DNA of 64,000 nt. It comes from Clostridia bacterium. GTDB taxonomy: Bacteria > Bacillota > Clostridia > TANB77 > CAG-465. The position numbers and the translations under genes were made by a program. This document shows positions 40,317 through 51,175 of the stretch, piece after piece; within the stretch, counting starts at the first letter, position 1, and each line of letters opens with the position of its first letter. The notes beneath the pieces are model-generated. The model saw nothing but the letters and a program-made list of their open reading frames with translations, was not told where the DNA came from and made no database searches. The stretch covers positions 2,348 to 66,347 of the forward strand of contig JAFXHJ010000012.1 in assembly GCA_017536445.1 (NCBI GenBank), given 5' to 3'.

Positions 40317-41801
40317 CTATTTTCCTATATTTACAATTTTTGTTGCTAGCTTTTCTATAAATCTTTCATCGTGCTCTACAAATATTATTGTTGGATTATA
40401 TGTTAAAACTGCATCTTCAATTTGTTCACGTGTTAATATATCTATATAATTTAGTGGTTCATCCCATATATATAGATTTGCTTGTTCTGAAATGCTTTTA
40501 GCGATTAATATTTTTTTCTTTTGGCCTTCACTCATCTCTTCAATGTTTGTGTCAAAATCTTTATCTGTAAATCCCATCTTTGCTAACATAGATTTAAATA
40601 TACTTTCATCCACAGAGTTATCTATTGCAAAATCTTTTAAATTACCATTAAGATGTTCTGTACTTTGAGATACATAAGATATTTTTATTCCGTTTTGCAC
40701 CTTTATGTTTCCTGTATATTCTATATTCTCACCTAATATTAATTTCAATATACTAGATTTACCAACTCCATTTTTACCAACAAGTGCAATTCTTTCTTTA
40801 GAATTTATTTCAAATGTAATAGGGTTAAATATACTTTTACCATCATATACCACTTGAACTTTATTTAAACTTACCAATGGATTTCTTGCACTATCTATTG
40901 GGATTATTTTTAATTTATCCGTTCTATCTATATTTTTAAGCAATTCATTTTTCTCATCAATTGCTCTTTCTATTCTTTGTTCCATTACCTTAGAGCTTTT
41001 CATCATTTTAGCAGATTTATGCCCAATATATCCAGTATCTATAAATTCGGCAGTGTTGTGTTTTCTGCTCTTAGCCTTTTCTGATTCATTTGACCATTTA
41101 GCTGTATTTTTAGCAGCTGTTTCAAGTCTTGCTATATCTCTTCGTAGTCTTTCGTTTTGTGTAAGTTCAAAAGCATCTTGTCTATCTTTATTTTCCTTCC
41201 AAACACTAAAATTACCTTGTCTAATTTCAATATTAGTGTTGTTTATAGCGATAATATGGTCTACTACTCTATCTAGAAAGTTTCTATCGTGTGATACTAA
41301 TATATACCCTTTTTTCTTAGCTAAATATTCTACTAAATTTTCTCTTGTTTCGGTATCTAAATGATTAGTCGGTTCATCAACAAGCAAAAAGTTATTACCC
41401 TTCAAGAATAAGCTTATTAACAACACTTTAACTTGTTCTCCACCACTTAATGTATTAAAACTTCTATATAATATTCCAAAATCTGCATGTAGTAAATTTA
41501 TTTCTTTTATTATTTCCCATTCTTCTGCAAGTGGTGCAATCTCTTGTATAACATCCATTACTAATCTATCTTTGTTAGATATATCATAAGGGAAATAATC
41601 CACGTCTACATTTTTAGATATACTTCCTTTGTATTCATATTTGTCTTGTAATAATTTTAAGAAGGTGGTTTTTCCTTTTCCATTTCTTCCTATTAAACCT
41701 AGTTTCCAGTCTGTATCTATGTTAAAAGAAACATTCTCAAATATATTAGTATAACTTCCATCATAACCAAAAGTTAAATTATTTACACTTATTACTGACA
41801 T
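40317..41801 (-). CDS. ABC-F family ATPase (two NBDs, no TMD), possible ribosomal-protection ARE-type protein
   Basis: GRNGKGKTTFLKLL and GKNGVGKSSILKLILG Walker A motifs, two LSGGE signatures and an interdomain linker, 494 aa. Confidence 0.75.
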   Translation of the reverse strand: MSVISVNNLTFGYDGSYTNIFENVSFNIDTDWKLGLIGRNGKGKTTFLKLLQDKYEYKGSISKNVDVDYFPYDISNKDRLVMDVIQEIAPLAEEWEIIKEINLLHADFGILYRSFNTLSGGEQVKVLLISLFLKGNNFLLVDEPTNHLDTETRENLVEYLAKKKGYILVSHDRNFLDRVVDHIIAINNTNIEIRQGNFSVWKENKDRQDAFELTQNERLRRDIARLETAAKNTAKWSNESEKAKSRKHNTAEFIDTGYIGHKSAKMMKSSKVMEQRIERAIDEKNELLKNIDRTDKLKIIPIDSARNPLVSLNKVQVVYDGKSIFNPITFEINSKERIALVGKNGVGKSSILKLILGENIEYTGNIKVQNGIKISYVSQSTEHLNGNLKDFAIDNSVDESIFKSMLAKMGFTDKDFDTNIEEMSEGQKKKILIAKSISEQANLYIWDEPLNYIDILTREQIEDAVLTYNPTIIFVEHDERFIEKLATKIVNIGK

Positions 41802-41860
41802 ATATTCACCTCCATACTCAAAACAAGGCCTAAATATTTTCAGGCCTTGTTATTTATACA

Positions 41861-42496
41861 TTATCTTAAATTACTTAGTACCTTTCTAGCTCTTAATATA
41901 TATTCTTGTTTGTTATCTATTAGTCTTTGTAATTCATCTAGATATTCTTTATACTTTTTATCTTCTACATACATTTTAGTAGTAGCATAACCATTCTTAC
42001 CAAATTTCTTTATAGCGAATTCATAAGATTCTTCTATTACCTCTTCATCTGTAATATCTGGATTCTTCTTTATGCTAAATCCCATAGAAGATGTAAGATA
42101 AATATCTATGTCTATTTTTCTATCTGCAGAAGATAATATTTTTCCATATATATTTCTTGGAACATATTCTAAAGAAGCTCTATGATCTTCTATTGCTTCT
42201 TTCATAATTAATCTTTGCTCTTCTGTAAAGAACTCTTTTAACTTTTCATCTTCATACATTCTTTTAGCAGAAAGTATTTCATGTTCTTCTCTATTTATAT
42301 GACAAGCAATATCATGAAAAGAAACTACTACATATAACATATCTAGGTTAAGGGCATAGTTTTCAGATATTTCATATGCTCTGTTTAGAACAAATTCTAT
42401 ATGTTCTAAGTTATGACCTTTATCATTTAGGTTGTATTCAGGATATATATTCTCCTCAATGTATTTTCTTAAGTTTACATTTACTAATTCTTTCAT
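41861..42496 (-). CDS. HD-domain phosphohydrolase
   Basis: H...HD motif (HNLEHIEFV...SFHDIACH). Confidence 0.65.
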   Translation of the reverse strand: MKELVNVNLRKYIEENIYPEYNLNDKGHNLEHIEFVLNRAYEISENYALNLDMLYVVVSFHDIACHINREEHEILSAKRMYEDEKLKEFFTEEQRLIMKEAIEDHRASLEYVPRNIYGKILSSADRKIDIDIYLTSSMGFSIKKNPDITDEEVIEESYEFAIKKFGKNGYATTKMYVEDKKYKEYLDELQRLIDNKQEYILRARKVLSNLR

Positions 42497-42513
42497 ACAA
42501 ACCTCCTAAAGCA

Positions 42514-43656
42514 CTATGCTTTTTTGATTTCTTTTTTAGGTTTTGTTTCTTTTATTTCTTTTTTGTTGTCTTTCTTAGTTTTATCTTTAATATCGTTTTT
42601 AACTAATGTGTATATTACTACTGCTGTTGGTACACTTAATAACATGCCAAGTACACCAAACATATTACCACCTAATGTTACTGCTACTAGTACTAATATT
42701 CCCGGTAGTCCTAAAGATTCACCTACAACTTTTGGATAAATTACATTACCTTCAAATTGTTGTAACACAACCATAAATATTATAAATGGTAATGCTTTTG
42801 TAGGTTCAACGGCAACTATTAATATTGCACCAATTATTATACCAACAATTCCACCAACTATTGGTACTAATGCTGTTACAGATATAAGTACACTAATTGG
42901 TATTGCATATGGTATTTTGAGTATTAACATACCTATATAGCATAGCACACCTAATATTATTGCTTCTAAACATTGTACCGTAAAGAAACTCTTAAACGAT
43001 ACATTTGTTAAACTTCCTAAATCTATTATCTTTTTAGCTTTCTTTGGAGCATATACATTAAGTAATGTTTTTAATGTTTCTGCTATCTTTTCTTTACTTG
43101 CTAAAACATATATTGCAAATATTATTGATATTATTGCTGTGGAAACAACTCCAAATACTGAGCTTACTAAAGATATTGATGATGTAAACACATTTGATGC
43201 TATAGATAATATTTGTGCTTTTAAGCTTGTTTCATCTAAATTTAATTTCTCTATGTATTCTGTCAAATCCCATTTTACGGCAAGTTCTTTTACTTCTGTT
43301 ATATAATATGGAATGTTTGTAATTAACATATTAATAATAGCTCCTAATTCTGGTACTATTAAGTTTATTATTAAATATATAATTAAAGATACTATTGCTA
43401 TAGATAGAATAATTGATATTATTCTTCTAATTACTTTCAATTTAATCCAAGACATATGCTTTTCAAAAAATGTCATTGGTATATTTATTATAAACGCAAT
43501 TGCTCCACCAATTATAAATGGTAATAATATATTTGCTACTTTAGATAATACTGCTCCTAAAACTTTAACATTATTTATTAACCACCAAGCCGCAAGTATT
43601 AATACTACATTTCTAAAAAATCTAGATAAAGTATCTCTTCCTTTTTTCTCTTCCAT
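42514..43656 (-). CDS. AI-2E family transporter (UPF0118 permease)
   Basis: 380 aa, 8 TM, typical AI-2E topology with basic C-terminus. Confidence 0.65.
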   Translation of the reverse strand: MEEKKGRDTLSRFFRNVVLILAAWWLINNVKVLGAVLSKVANILLPFIIGGAIAFIINIPMTFFEKHMSWIKLKVIRRIISIILSIAIVSLIIYLIINLIVPELGAIINMLITNIPYYITEVKELAVKWDLTEYIEKLNLDETSLKAQILSIASNVFTSSISLVSSVFGVVSTAIISIIFAIYVLASKEKIAETLKTLLNVYAPKKAKKIIDLGSLTNVSFKSFFTVQCLEAIILGVLCYIGMLILKIPYAIPISVLISVTALVPIVGGIVGIIIGAILIVAVEPTKALPFIIFMVVLQQFEGNVIYPKVVGESLGLPGILVLVAVTLGGNMFGVLGMLLSVPTAVVIYTLVKNDIKDKTKKDNKKEIKETKPKKEIKKA

Positions 43657-43674
43657 TTGTTTTCTTCTTCCTTC

Positions 43675-44043
43675 CTAATATGTAATATGTATTGTTCTGT
43701 ACATTCCATGATTTACTACTTCATATTCTTGTATAAATACATCATCTTTCATATATCCATATGTTGATTCATCGTCAAAATACTTAAAATCTTTCATATA
43801 ATTTTCTATTTCTTCTTTTAATGCGCTTTCACTTCTTAAGGAATAAAATATAGCCGCTGTCATACAGCATTCGCTCTTAAAATATGAATATTTTGGTATA
43901 AATCTAATTTTACCGTCTACCCCTTCATATTCTTCCTTAAAGAATGTTTTATTTGTACCAAGTGCTACAACAATAGTACTAGCTATAATTAAAATTAGCA
44001 ATGGTATCACTACAAATAATACTTTTAATTTTTGTTTAGTCAT
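43675..44043 (-). CDS. hypothetical membrane-anchored protein
   Basis: 122 aa, N-terminal TM. Confidence 0.4.
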   Translation of the reverse strand: MTKQKLKVLFVVIPLLILIIASTIVVALGTNKTFFKEEYEGVDGKIRFIPKYSYFKSECCMTAAIFYSLRSESALKEEIENYMKDFKYFDDESTYGYMKDDVFIQEYEVVNHGMYRTIHITY

Positions 44044-44051
44044 ATAACCAC

Positions 44052-44324
44052 CTAATCTCTTATTCCTGTTTCTATATGTTTACCAAAGATGTAGAAATCA
44101 TATCTAGTTACACCAGGGAATTCGTCTTCTGGCATAAAATTTCCTTCTATATCAAAAGAATAACCTATTCCTGTATATTTACCACTTCCACCATCATCTT
44201 TAAGTTCTGTACCTATACAAAATATTGGTTTCTCAAATCTTGATACAGTATAATAATCTGTAAGTCCAAATCCTATTATTACAAATATTACTAATGTAAT
44301 TGTTATTTTTAATACACCTTTCAT
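44052..44324 (-). CDS. hypothetical membrane-anchored protein
   Basis: 90 aa, N-terminal TM. Confidence 0.4.
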   Translation of the reverse strand: MKGVLKITITLVIFVIIGFGLTDYYTVSRFEKPIFCIGTELKDDGGSGKYTGIGYSFDIEGNFMPEDEFPGVTRYDFYIFGKHIETGIRD

Positions 44325-44509
44325 TTGTTTTCTCCTTAATATTACTATTTCATAATATCACAACAAAAAATAATTATCAACTAATTATTTCTAAAGTATA
44401 GTTATATATAACAAAACAACTCTTGAAAATATTCAAGAGTTGTTTAAGTGAGTTCTTTGTAATAAGTAGTTTGTTGTGAGTTTTATTCTAGAACGTCGAT
44501 TGGTATTAC

Positions 44510-46237
44510 TTACTCGGTTTTAGTTACAACTTCTCCCTCAGTTGCAACAGGAGCTTCAGAAGCATCAGGCTTTCTAAGAGCGCCAAGTCCAGCGCCGATT
44601 GCCTTAGAAAGGTCCTTTACTTCGTCGGTGACAGGGCGGCCGTTAAGAGCCTCATTCTGAACGTTGAGAGCCTTCATAAGCACGGGGAACTGTGCAAGAG
44701 TATCAACAAGGACGTTACCAGTACCACCAGTTCCGCCAACGCCGGGGATGTTTCCACCGCCGATATTGATAAACTCAGCGTTCTGACCAACGTTGGCCAT
44801 AATTTCAGCCTGAGCGATCGCAATCTTGATTTGAGCCTCGGTCTGGATCTTGAGTCTTTCAATCTCGAAGTTAACCTTGCCGTTAGAAGCTCTTGCTTCT
44901 GCAAGTTCTCTTTCACCTTCAGCCTGAGCATGCAAGGTAGCCTTAAGACCTTCTGCCTCTGCAAGCTTTTGAGCTTTGATACCTTCAGCTTCTGCAAGTT
45001 TCTGCGCCTTGATACCTTCTGCTTCAGCGATAGCCTTTGCCTGAGCAACAGCAGCCGCAGCTTCACCTTCTGCACGCGTCTTGTGTGCCTCTGCTTCTGC
45101 AGCCTTCTTAACTGCTTCTGCATCGTTGCTTGCAACCTTTACACGTGCTTCTGCTTTGGTGGTTTCTACGTCAGCTTCACCCTGTGCAGCCTTACGCGCA
45201 GCATCTGCCTCACGTTCTGCAACCTTGATTTTAGCTTCCGCCTCAATAGATTTTACGCTTGCCTCCGCCTCTGCGTTAACACGCTTAGTTTCCTTCTCAG
45301 CTTCAGCACGGGTAATCATAACCTCACGTTCCTTCTGAGCTGCAAGGTTGGCTTGCTCCTGACGAGTAATTTCAACAGCACCCTTACGTTCTTCGACTTC
45401 CTTCTGACGGATGGTCATCTGAAGTTCCTTCGCAATCTCTGCGTCAGCGTTTGCGGTATCTGTTTCGATCTTGAACTGCGCAAGTTTCATATCTGTTTCC
45501 TTACGCTTTTCCTTCTCGGTCTGCTCTGCGGTCATACGGGCAATTTCTGCATCCTGCTTAGCCTGAGCTTCGGCAATTTCTGCTTCCTTCTTGGCAACAG
45601 CCTGCTTCTGGCGGGTAATTTTGTCTACCTCAGCACGCTTGATGTCTGCCGCCTGTTGCTTGTCTGCTGCATCGATGGCGGCAATGTTGTTGAAGTAATC
45701 GTTGTTGTCCGTAATATCCTGGATATTAAGAGAAACCAGTTCCAGACCCATATTGTCAAGCTCATCGCTTACAGCGGTCTGAATAAGCTTCTTATATTCT
45801 TCTTTCTCACGAAGGATCTGCTCAGGAGTCATTGCAGCAACAACGTCACGAACTGCACCCATAAGGGTAAGTTTAACGTCATCGATAATACCCTGATTAC
45901 CTCTTTCTTTGAAAGAAATAATCGCTGTACGAAGTTTTACAGGATCAGACACACAAGGTCTAATTTGAGCAGTCCAGTCACAAACGACCGGTACAGCCGT
46001 AGATGTTTTGATTTCATCCGCATCCGCAGTAACGGTCAGCATACAAAGATCAAAGTAGCTTGCCTTCCGGAAAACCGGGATAACGAAAGCACCACCAGAA
46101 ACCTTGATAACAGGTTCCTTACCACCGGTGATAATAAGCGCCTTATCTACATCGGCAACCTTGTAGATGCACGCAAGGAAAATGATGAGTGCAACAACGA
46201 GGCCAACGCCAATGCCTATAGGGATAAGAATTTCCAT
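44510..46237 (-). CDS. floT: flotillin-like SPFH/band-7 protein (FloT/YuaG-like), compositionally foreign
   Basis: N-terminal membrane hairpin, SPFH domain and a long Ala/Glu/Lys coiled coil with EA repeats (AEAEGIKAQKLAEAEGIKAQKLAEAEGLKA). GC is far above the local background, with AAG and GCN codon preference. Confidence 0.8.
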   Translation of the reverse strand: MEILIPIGIGVGLVVALIIFLACIYKVADVDKALIITGGKEPVIKVSGGAFVIPVFRKASYFDLCMLTVTADADEIKTSTAVPVVCDWTAQIRPCVSDPVKLRTAIISFKERGNQGIIDDVKLTLMGAVRDVVAAMTPEQILREKEEYKKLIQTAVSDELDNMGLELVSLNIQDITDNNDYFNNIAAIDAADKQQAADIKRAEVDKITRQKQAVAKKEAEIAEAQAKQDAEIARMTAEQTEKEKRKETDMKLAQFKIETDTANADAEIAKELQMTIRQKEVEERKGAVEITRQEQANLAAQKEREVMITRAEAEKETKRVNAEAEASVKSIEAEAKIKVAEREADAARKAAQGEADVETTKAEARVKVASNDAEAVKKAAEAEAHKTRAEGEAAAAVAQAKAIAEAEGIKAQKLAEAEGIKAQKLAEAEGLKATLHAQAEGERELAEARASNGKVNFEIERLKIQTEAQIKIAIAQAEIMANVGQNAEFINIGGGNIPGVGGTGGTGNVLVDTLAQFPVLMKALNVQNEALNGRPVTDEVKDLSKAIGAGLGALRKPDASEAPVATEGEVVTKTE

Positions 46238-46450
46238 AATGTTTTGTCTCCTTTAACTATTTCTACATATTGTTTCACAAACTACTTATTACTATTTTTT
46301 GTCAATCTTCATCATAATTATACGATTGAACTAGCAATAAAACTCGCACATAATTATATTATATTTTACATAAAAAGTCAATGTTTTATGTAGACTTGTG
46401 TAGCAATACATATATAAGAAGCTGTTAGCATATTATGCTAACAGCTCATA

Positions 46451-47638
46451 TTATTTCTCAATTCCTACATAGCCTGTTTTTTCTATTATTTCTTGGCCTT
46501 CTTTAGATAATACCCATTTTATTAATTTATCCACATTTTCGTTTGGATTATCTTTATATGTTACTGCATATAAAGAAGTAGTAATTGGATAACTTCCGTT
46601 TTTAATGTTTTCTACAGTTGGTGATATACCATCTATGCTTACCATTTTAACATCAGGATTTTTAATAATACCTTCTAAATAATATCTAAACGAAAAACCT
46701 ATTGAATTTGTTTTGTTTCTATAATTAGATACTCTTTCTATTATTCCAGACATCATATCATTTACTTGTTCTGTTGGAGCTTTCATTATCTTTTTACCAT
46801 CCATAAAACGAATTAGCATACTTTGGCTACCGCTTCCTTCATTTCTTTGGAATGCAACTATTTCTTCATTCTTTCCACCAACTTCTTTCCAGTTTGTTAT
46901 TTCACCAGCATAAATCCTTCTTATTTGATCTGCTGTTAAACTTGTAATTGGATTGTCTTTATGTACGAAGAATACAAAAGCTTCTGTACCTATTTTTGTA
47001 TACTCAAATTCAGTGTTATTTTCTTTCGCATCTTCTATTTGTGTTTCTGATGGATATGCTCCAAAGAATATATCTATTCTTTTTTCTCCAAGCAGTCTAT
47101 ATCCTCTAACTGTATTGTTGTACTCAAATACGCCATCATTTAGAGTAGTTGTATTTGGATATACAGCATTTACAAAAGCAGAATATACAGGGAATACTGC
47201 CGCTGCTCCATCTACAATTGGTAAATTATCTTTTAACTTTAGACTTGCCTCATGATCTAATTTTACTATTTTAGAGTTATTAGTAAACGGCAAATATTCG
47301 CTTGTATTAATATTAGGATTTGTATTTATGGTAATACTTTCATCGTATTTAATAACACCTATGTTTACACCTAAACATACAGCTAATATTAAAACACATA
47401 CAGTCCATATCTTAAACACTATCTTTTTCTTCTTAGCGTATATTAATGGTAGTAATAGTCCTGGTGTTACTAACGTACTACAAAACGTCAATATATCTAT
47501 AACACCAGACGAACTGCAAAGTAGCAGTAATATAAATCCTATTATCCAGCTCACAAATAATACTATTGCTGTGAGTATAAGTTTTAGTAATATCCTTGCC
47601 GTTTTATTCTTAAAAAAGTTTTTCTTTTCTTTTTCCAT
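46451..47638 (-). CDS. PstS-like periplasmic phosphate-binding domain protein with N-terminal TM region
   Basis: PBP-like fold motifs (DGAAAVFPVYSAF...GSGSQ). Confidence 0.6.
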   Translation of the reverse strand: MEKEKKNFFKNKTARILLKLILTAIVLFVSWIIGFILLLLCSSSGVIDILTFCSTLVTPGLLLPLIYAKKKKIVFKIWTVCVLILAVCLGVNIGVIKYDESITINTNPNINTSEYLPFTNNSKIVKLDHEASLKLKDNLPIVDGAAAVFPVYSAFVNAVYPNTTTLNDGVFEYNNTVRGYRLLGEKRIDIFFGAYPSETQIEDAKENNTEFEYTKIGTEAFVFFVHKDNPITSLTADQIRRIYAGEITNWKEVGGKNEEIVAFQRNEGSGSQSMLIRFMDGKKIMKAPTEQVNDMMSGIIERVSNYRNKTNSIGFSFRYYLEGIIKNPDVKMVSIDGISPTVENIKNGSYPITTSLYAVTYKDNPNENVDKLIKWVLSKEGQEIIEKTGYVGIEK

Positions 47639-47663
47639 AAACTATTTCTCCTAAATTTAGATT

Positions 47664-48362
47664 TTATTTCTTTTTTCCCTTATTCTTCTTTTTGTTTTCC
47701 TGTATTTCTGCTATTTTATTTGCTATTTTACTCTTTACCATTTCTGCAATTTGCTGAGTATTCATATCTTTATACTCATCATAACATATTGGCTCTAAAT
47801 AATGTACTTCTGTTGTTACTTTTCTTAAGCTCCATGAATTGTATGGTATATGTGAGTTTACTAAAACAACCGGTACAATTGGCACTCCGGATTTTAGTGC
47901 TATCTTAAAGCAACCTGGTTTAAATTCTAAAAGATCATTAGGTTTTTTACCATCGTAAGTACCTTCTGGGAATAAGACATATTTTCTGCCCTGTTTTACT
48001 TCTTCTGCTACCGCATTAATAACCTTCATAGCTTGTCTATTATCTTTTTTGTTTAAGCGTTTTGCTCTAAGCAATTTTACTAATTGATTTACACCTAATC
48101 TATATGACTTTTCTATATCCATTACAAAGGTACAAGGCTTTTCATGAACAGAAACAATACCATAAACATCATATTTGCCTTGATGGTTAGGATACATCAT
48201 ATATCCACCCTCTTTAGGTAAATTCTCCTTACCATATACTATTGTTTCTATACGTCCTGTTCTATGCATTACAGACAATATATTATCCTTAACATATTTA
48301 TATATATATTCATCTGAATATTCATTTGGATTGTTTTCTAAATCTTTATTCATCTTATTCAT
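47664..48362 (-). CDS. lysophospholipid acyltransferase (PlsC-like)
   Basis: HX4D NHQGKYDVYG and FPEGT motifs. Confidence 0.7.
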   Translation of the reverse strand: MNKMNKDLENNPNEYSDEYIYKYVKDNILSVMHRTGRIETIVYGKENLPKEGGYMMYPNHQGKYDVYGIVSVHEKPCTFVMDIEKSYRLGVNQLVKLLRAKRLNKKDNRQAMKVINAVAEEVKQGRKYVLFPEGTYDGKKPNDLLEFKPGCFKIALKSGVPIVPVVLVNSHIPYNSWSLRKVTTEVHYLEPICYDEYKDMNTQQIAEMVKSKIANKIAEIQENKKKNKGKKK

Positions 48363-48453
48363 TGCTTCTACTTCATTTAGAATTGTAAAAGCGTTTCTAA
48401 TAATTGAGTAATAATATCTAATCATTTTGTATATTCCTTATTTTTTACCTTTC

Positions 48454-49818
48454 TTATTTCTTAAGTTCCAATACACAAACACATTCTATATGGCTTGTCC
48501 ACGGAAACATATCTACCATCTTTATTTCTTTTATATCATATCTAGTAGATAACAATTTTAAGTCCCTTGCAAGTGTAGCTGAATTACAACTTACATATCC
48601 TATTTTAGTAGGAGCAAGTTCTAATATTAATTCTATACCTTGTTCATCTAGTCCTTTTCTTGGGGGATCTACTACTATGTAATCAAAAAACTTACCTTCG
48701 TCTTTTAATTTTAATGTTTCTTTTGTTGCATCTCCTAATACATGTATTACATTTGTTACATTGTTTATTCTGGCATTTTCTTTTGCAGCTTCTACTGCAG
48801 ATTCTACTATTTCTACTGCATATATATCTTTTACAGCATCAGATAAATATATTCCTATACTTCCAACTCCGCTATATAGCTCTAATACTGTTTTGTCTTT
48901 TTCAAGTTCCATCTCAGTTTTTAGAAGATTGTACAATACTTCTGCTTGAAGTGTATTTACTTGGAAGAAGGAATCTGCTGTAATCTTAAATGTATAATTA
49001 CCTATTTTATCTGTTATATATTCATCTCCAAATATACAAACATTTTCATCAGATAATATTACATTTGTATTTTTAGCATTTATATTTAGTACAAAAGATT
49101 TAATATTTGGATATTCTTTTGTAATTTCTTTTACTACCTTATCCATTCTTGAATCTTTTGCGAAACACCTATCTGTTACAACTAATACACACATAACTTC
49201 ATCTGTATGTATACCACGTCTAACCATTATATTACGTATATCTCCAGTTAGTGTTTTTTCATTGTATCCTACAAACTTTTCTTTGTCTAAAAGTTCAAAC
49301 AATCTTCTTGCAACTTTATGTGTTGTTTCATCTTGTATGTAACATTCTTTGTTGTTTACTAAATCGTGGCTACCTTTTTCGTACATACCAACATAGTTTC
49401 TACCATTACGGTTTATCATAGGATATTGAACTTTATTTCTATAATAATATGGTTTATCCATACCATATATATCCTTAACTAACGTTTCATCTAACCCTTG
49501 TTTTTTTATGTTGTTAATTACTTTTTCTTTCTTTATTTCTAATGTATTTTTGTAGTCTGTATGCATAGCTTCACAACCACCACATCTAGAATAATATTCA
49601 CATACTGGTTTAGCTCTTCTTTTAGAAGCTTCTTTTATTTCTTTTAAGTCTCCAAGTGCATAATTCTTATTAAGTTTTATTATCTTAGCTGTTACTTGTT
49701 CATCTTTAAGTGTTCCTGGTACAAATACTGTAAGTCCATCATCAGATTTAGCAATACCTTCAAAATTCATGCCAACATCTTTTATTTTGAAATTATACTG
49801 TTTGTTCAGCTCCAACAT
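48454..49818 (-). CDS. rlmD: 23S rRNA (uracil-C5)-methyltransferase RlmD/RumA
   Basis: TRAM domain, Fe-S Cys cluster, SAM MTase motifs and a DPPRKG catalytic motif. Confidence 0.8.
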   Translation of the reverse strand: MLELNKQYNFKIKDVGMNFEGIAKSDDGLTVFVPGTLKDEQVTAKIIKLNKNYALGDLKEIKEASKRRAKPVCEYYSRCGGCEAMHTDYKNTLEIKKEKVINNIKKQGLDETLVKDIYGMDKPYYYRNKVQYPMINRNGRNYVGMYEKGSHDLVNNKECYIQDETTHKVARRLFELLDKEKFVGYNEKTLTGDIRNIMVRRGIHTDEVMCVLVVTDRCFAKDSRMDKVVKEITKEYPNIKSFVLNINAKNTNVILSDENVCIFGDEYITDKIGNYTFKITADSFFQVNTLQAEVLYNLLKTEMELEKDKTVLELYSGVGSIGIYLSDAVKDIYAVEIVESAVEAAKENARINNVTNVIHVLGDATKETLKLKDEGKFFDYIVVDPPRKGLDEQGIELILELAPTKIGYVSCNSATLARDLKLLSTRYDIKEIKMVDMFPWTSHIECVCVLELKK

Positions 49819-50935
49819 TCTTTTTCCCTTCTTTTTTAGCTTTACTCTTTAATTTTGTTTCTTCTACAAAGTTATCTTTCATTATCTTAAATAGTATTGT
49901 TATTGTTTTTATAATCATATCCTTAGTTTCTTCATCTAATTCTTTATATGATCCAAGTAATATTTTACCTTTAGCTATTGGATTTTTCATAAGTTCCTTA
50001 AATGATTCTATATTTGTTGTATTTATTATTTCAAATACAACTTCAATTACCTTTTCACGTTTCTTAGGATCGGTTTGTTCCAACCAATCTTTTAAGCTCT
50101 TATCTATAAACTTACTTCCGTTTGTTACTTCTTTAAGTTTTATAAATTTATTGCCTTCTATTTCCCAGCTGTATAAATCATGTTGCATAACGCCAAATTC
50201 ATTACTTTTTACTACTGTATATCTACCTTCGTTATATAACATTCTTCCAAAGATTGAATCTTGTGGAATATACGTTTCAACTTTATTTATCATCTGCTTA
50301 TATTCTTTTGATTCAATAATTTCTTTATTAAATCCTGGGCCTTCATTGTTATATACAGTTACAATTCTATCTTGCACTTCTTTGCTAGCATATATAGCAG
50401 AATACACCGCTACATTTCCACCTTTAGAATGTCCGCCTACTAATATCTTTTTATCTGGATATTCTTTAGCAACTTGTTCTAAATATTTCACGCCTTCTAT
50501 TTGTGATGCAACGTGAGTCATAAATGTCATATTAAGGTCTTCTTTCCAACCCACTACTGTACTATCTGTACCTCTATATGACACATAGATTGTACCATCT
50601 GGCAGTATAATAGTCACTGCGGCATATTGTATGTCCTTTTCCTTTATAATCTTATGATCGTATTTAGTTACTAACATTTCTCCAAATCTTTTTGAGCTTC
50701 CCATTGCAGGAATTAAGTATACATCATCCGGCCAAAGGATATTTAATGTCTTTACATCAAGTTTAGAATATCTTTCACCAATTTCCTTAAATGTAACTGT
50801 TTCATTATCTTCCATTAAAGATTCAAAAGGGAAATATGACGCTCTAGAAAGTATTAATCCATCTACTTCATTAAAGCCATCTATACTTACGCTTAAATCG
50901 CCTCTCCATTTTATATAATCTATTACATTTGCCAT
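49793..50935 (-). CDS. DUF2974 / lipase-class-3-like alpha/beta hydrolase
   Basis: GHSKGG nucleophile elbow, 380 aa. Confidence 0.6.
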   Translation of the reverse strand: MANVIDYIKWRGDLSVSIDGFNEVDGLILSRASYFPFESLMEDNETVTFKEIGERYSKLDVKTLNILWPDDVYLIPAMGSSKRFGEMLVTKYDHKIIKEKDIQYAAVTIILPDGTIYVSYRGTDSTVVGWKEDLNMTFMTHVASQIEGVKYLEQVAKEYPDKKILVGGHSKGGNVAVYSAIYASKEVQDRIVTVYNNEGPGFNKEIIESKEYKQMINKVETYIPQDSIFGRMLYNEGRYTVVKSNEFGVMQHDLYSWEIEGNKFIKLKEVTNGSKFIDKSLKDWLEQTDPKKREKVIEVVFEIINTTNIESFKELMKNPIAKGKILLGSYKELDEETKDMIIKTITILFKIMKDNFVEETKLKSKAKKEGKKNVGAEQTV

Positions 50936-51005
50936 ATATACCACCTCAAATTTTACATATAGTATTTTATCAAAAAAGAGAAAATGTTGCAAGGAGTAAC
51001 AAAAT

Positions 51006-51105
51006 ATACTTTTTGATTCCGTCAGAAGTGAGCATTACCGTTCTTCCGAACAAGAGATTGTGTGTAGAATTCACCTCCGTCTTGTATATTCTTACGTAAT
51101 TGCTC
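51006..51105. repeat. direct repeat copy A: decayed duplicate of the 3' end of the beta-CASP gene
   Basis: About 92 % identical to 52452-52550. In frame it still encodes SNYVRIYKTEVNSTHNLLFGRTVMLTSDGIKKY. Confidence 0.85.
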
Positions 51106-51175
51106 AATGCGAACACCCTAAAACAAAAATATCAATTGAAATAGTAAACGCCTTTACTATTTCAATTGATGTTAA

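Noticed and set aside
44674-46393. Long ORFs 44674-45135 (-) and 44831-46393 (+, 520 aa) overlapping floT
   Set aside because: Low-complexity Leu/Ser/Cys/Arg-rich translations with no start context. They are artefacts of the GC-rich, repeat-rich flotillin coding sequence, which lacks stop codons in alternative frames.
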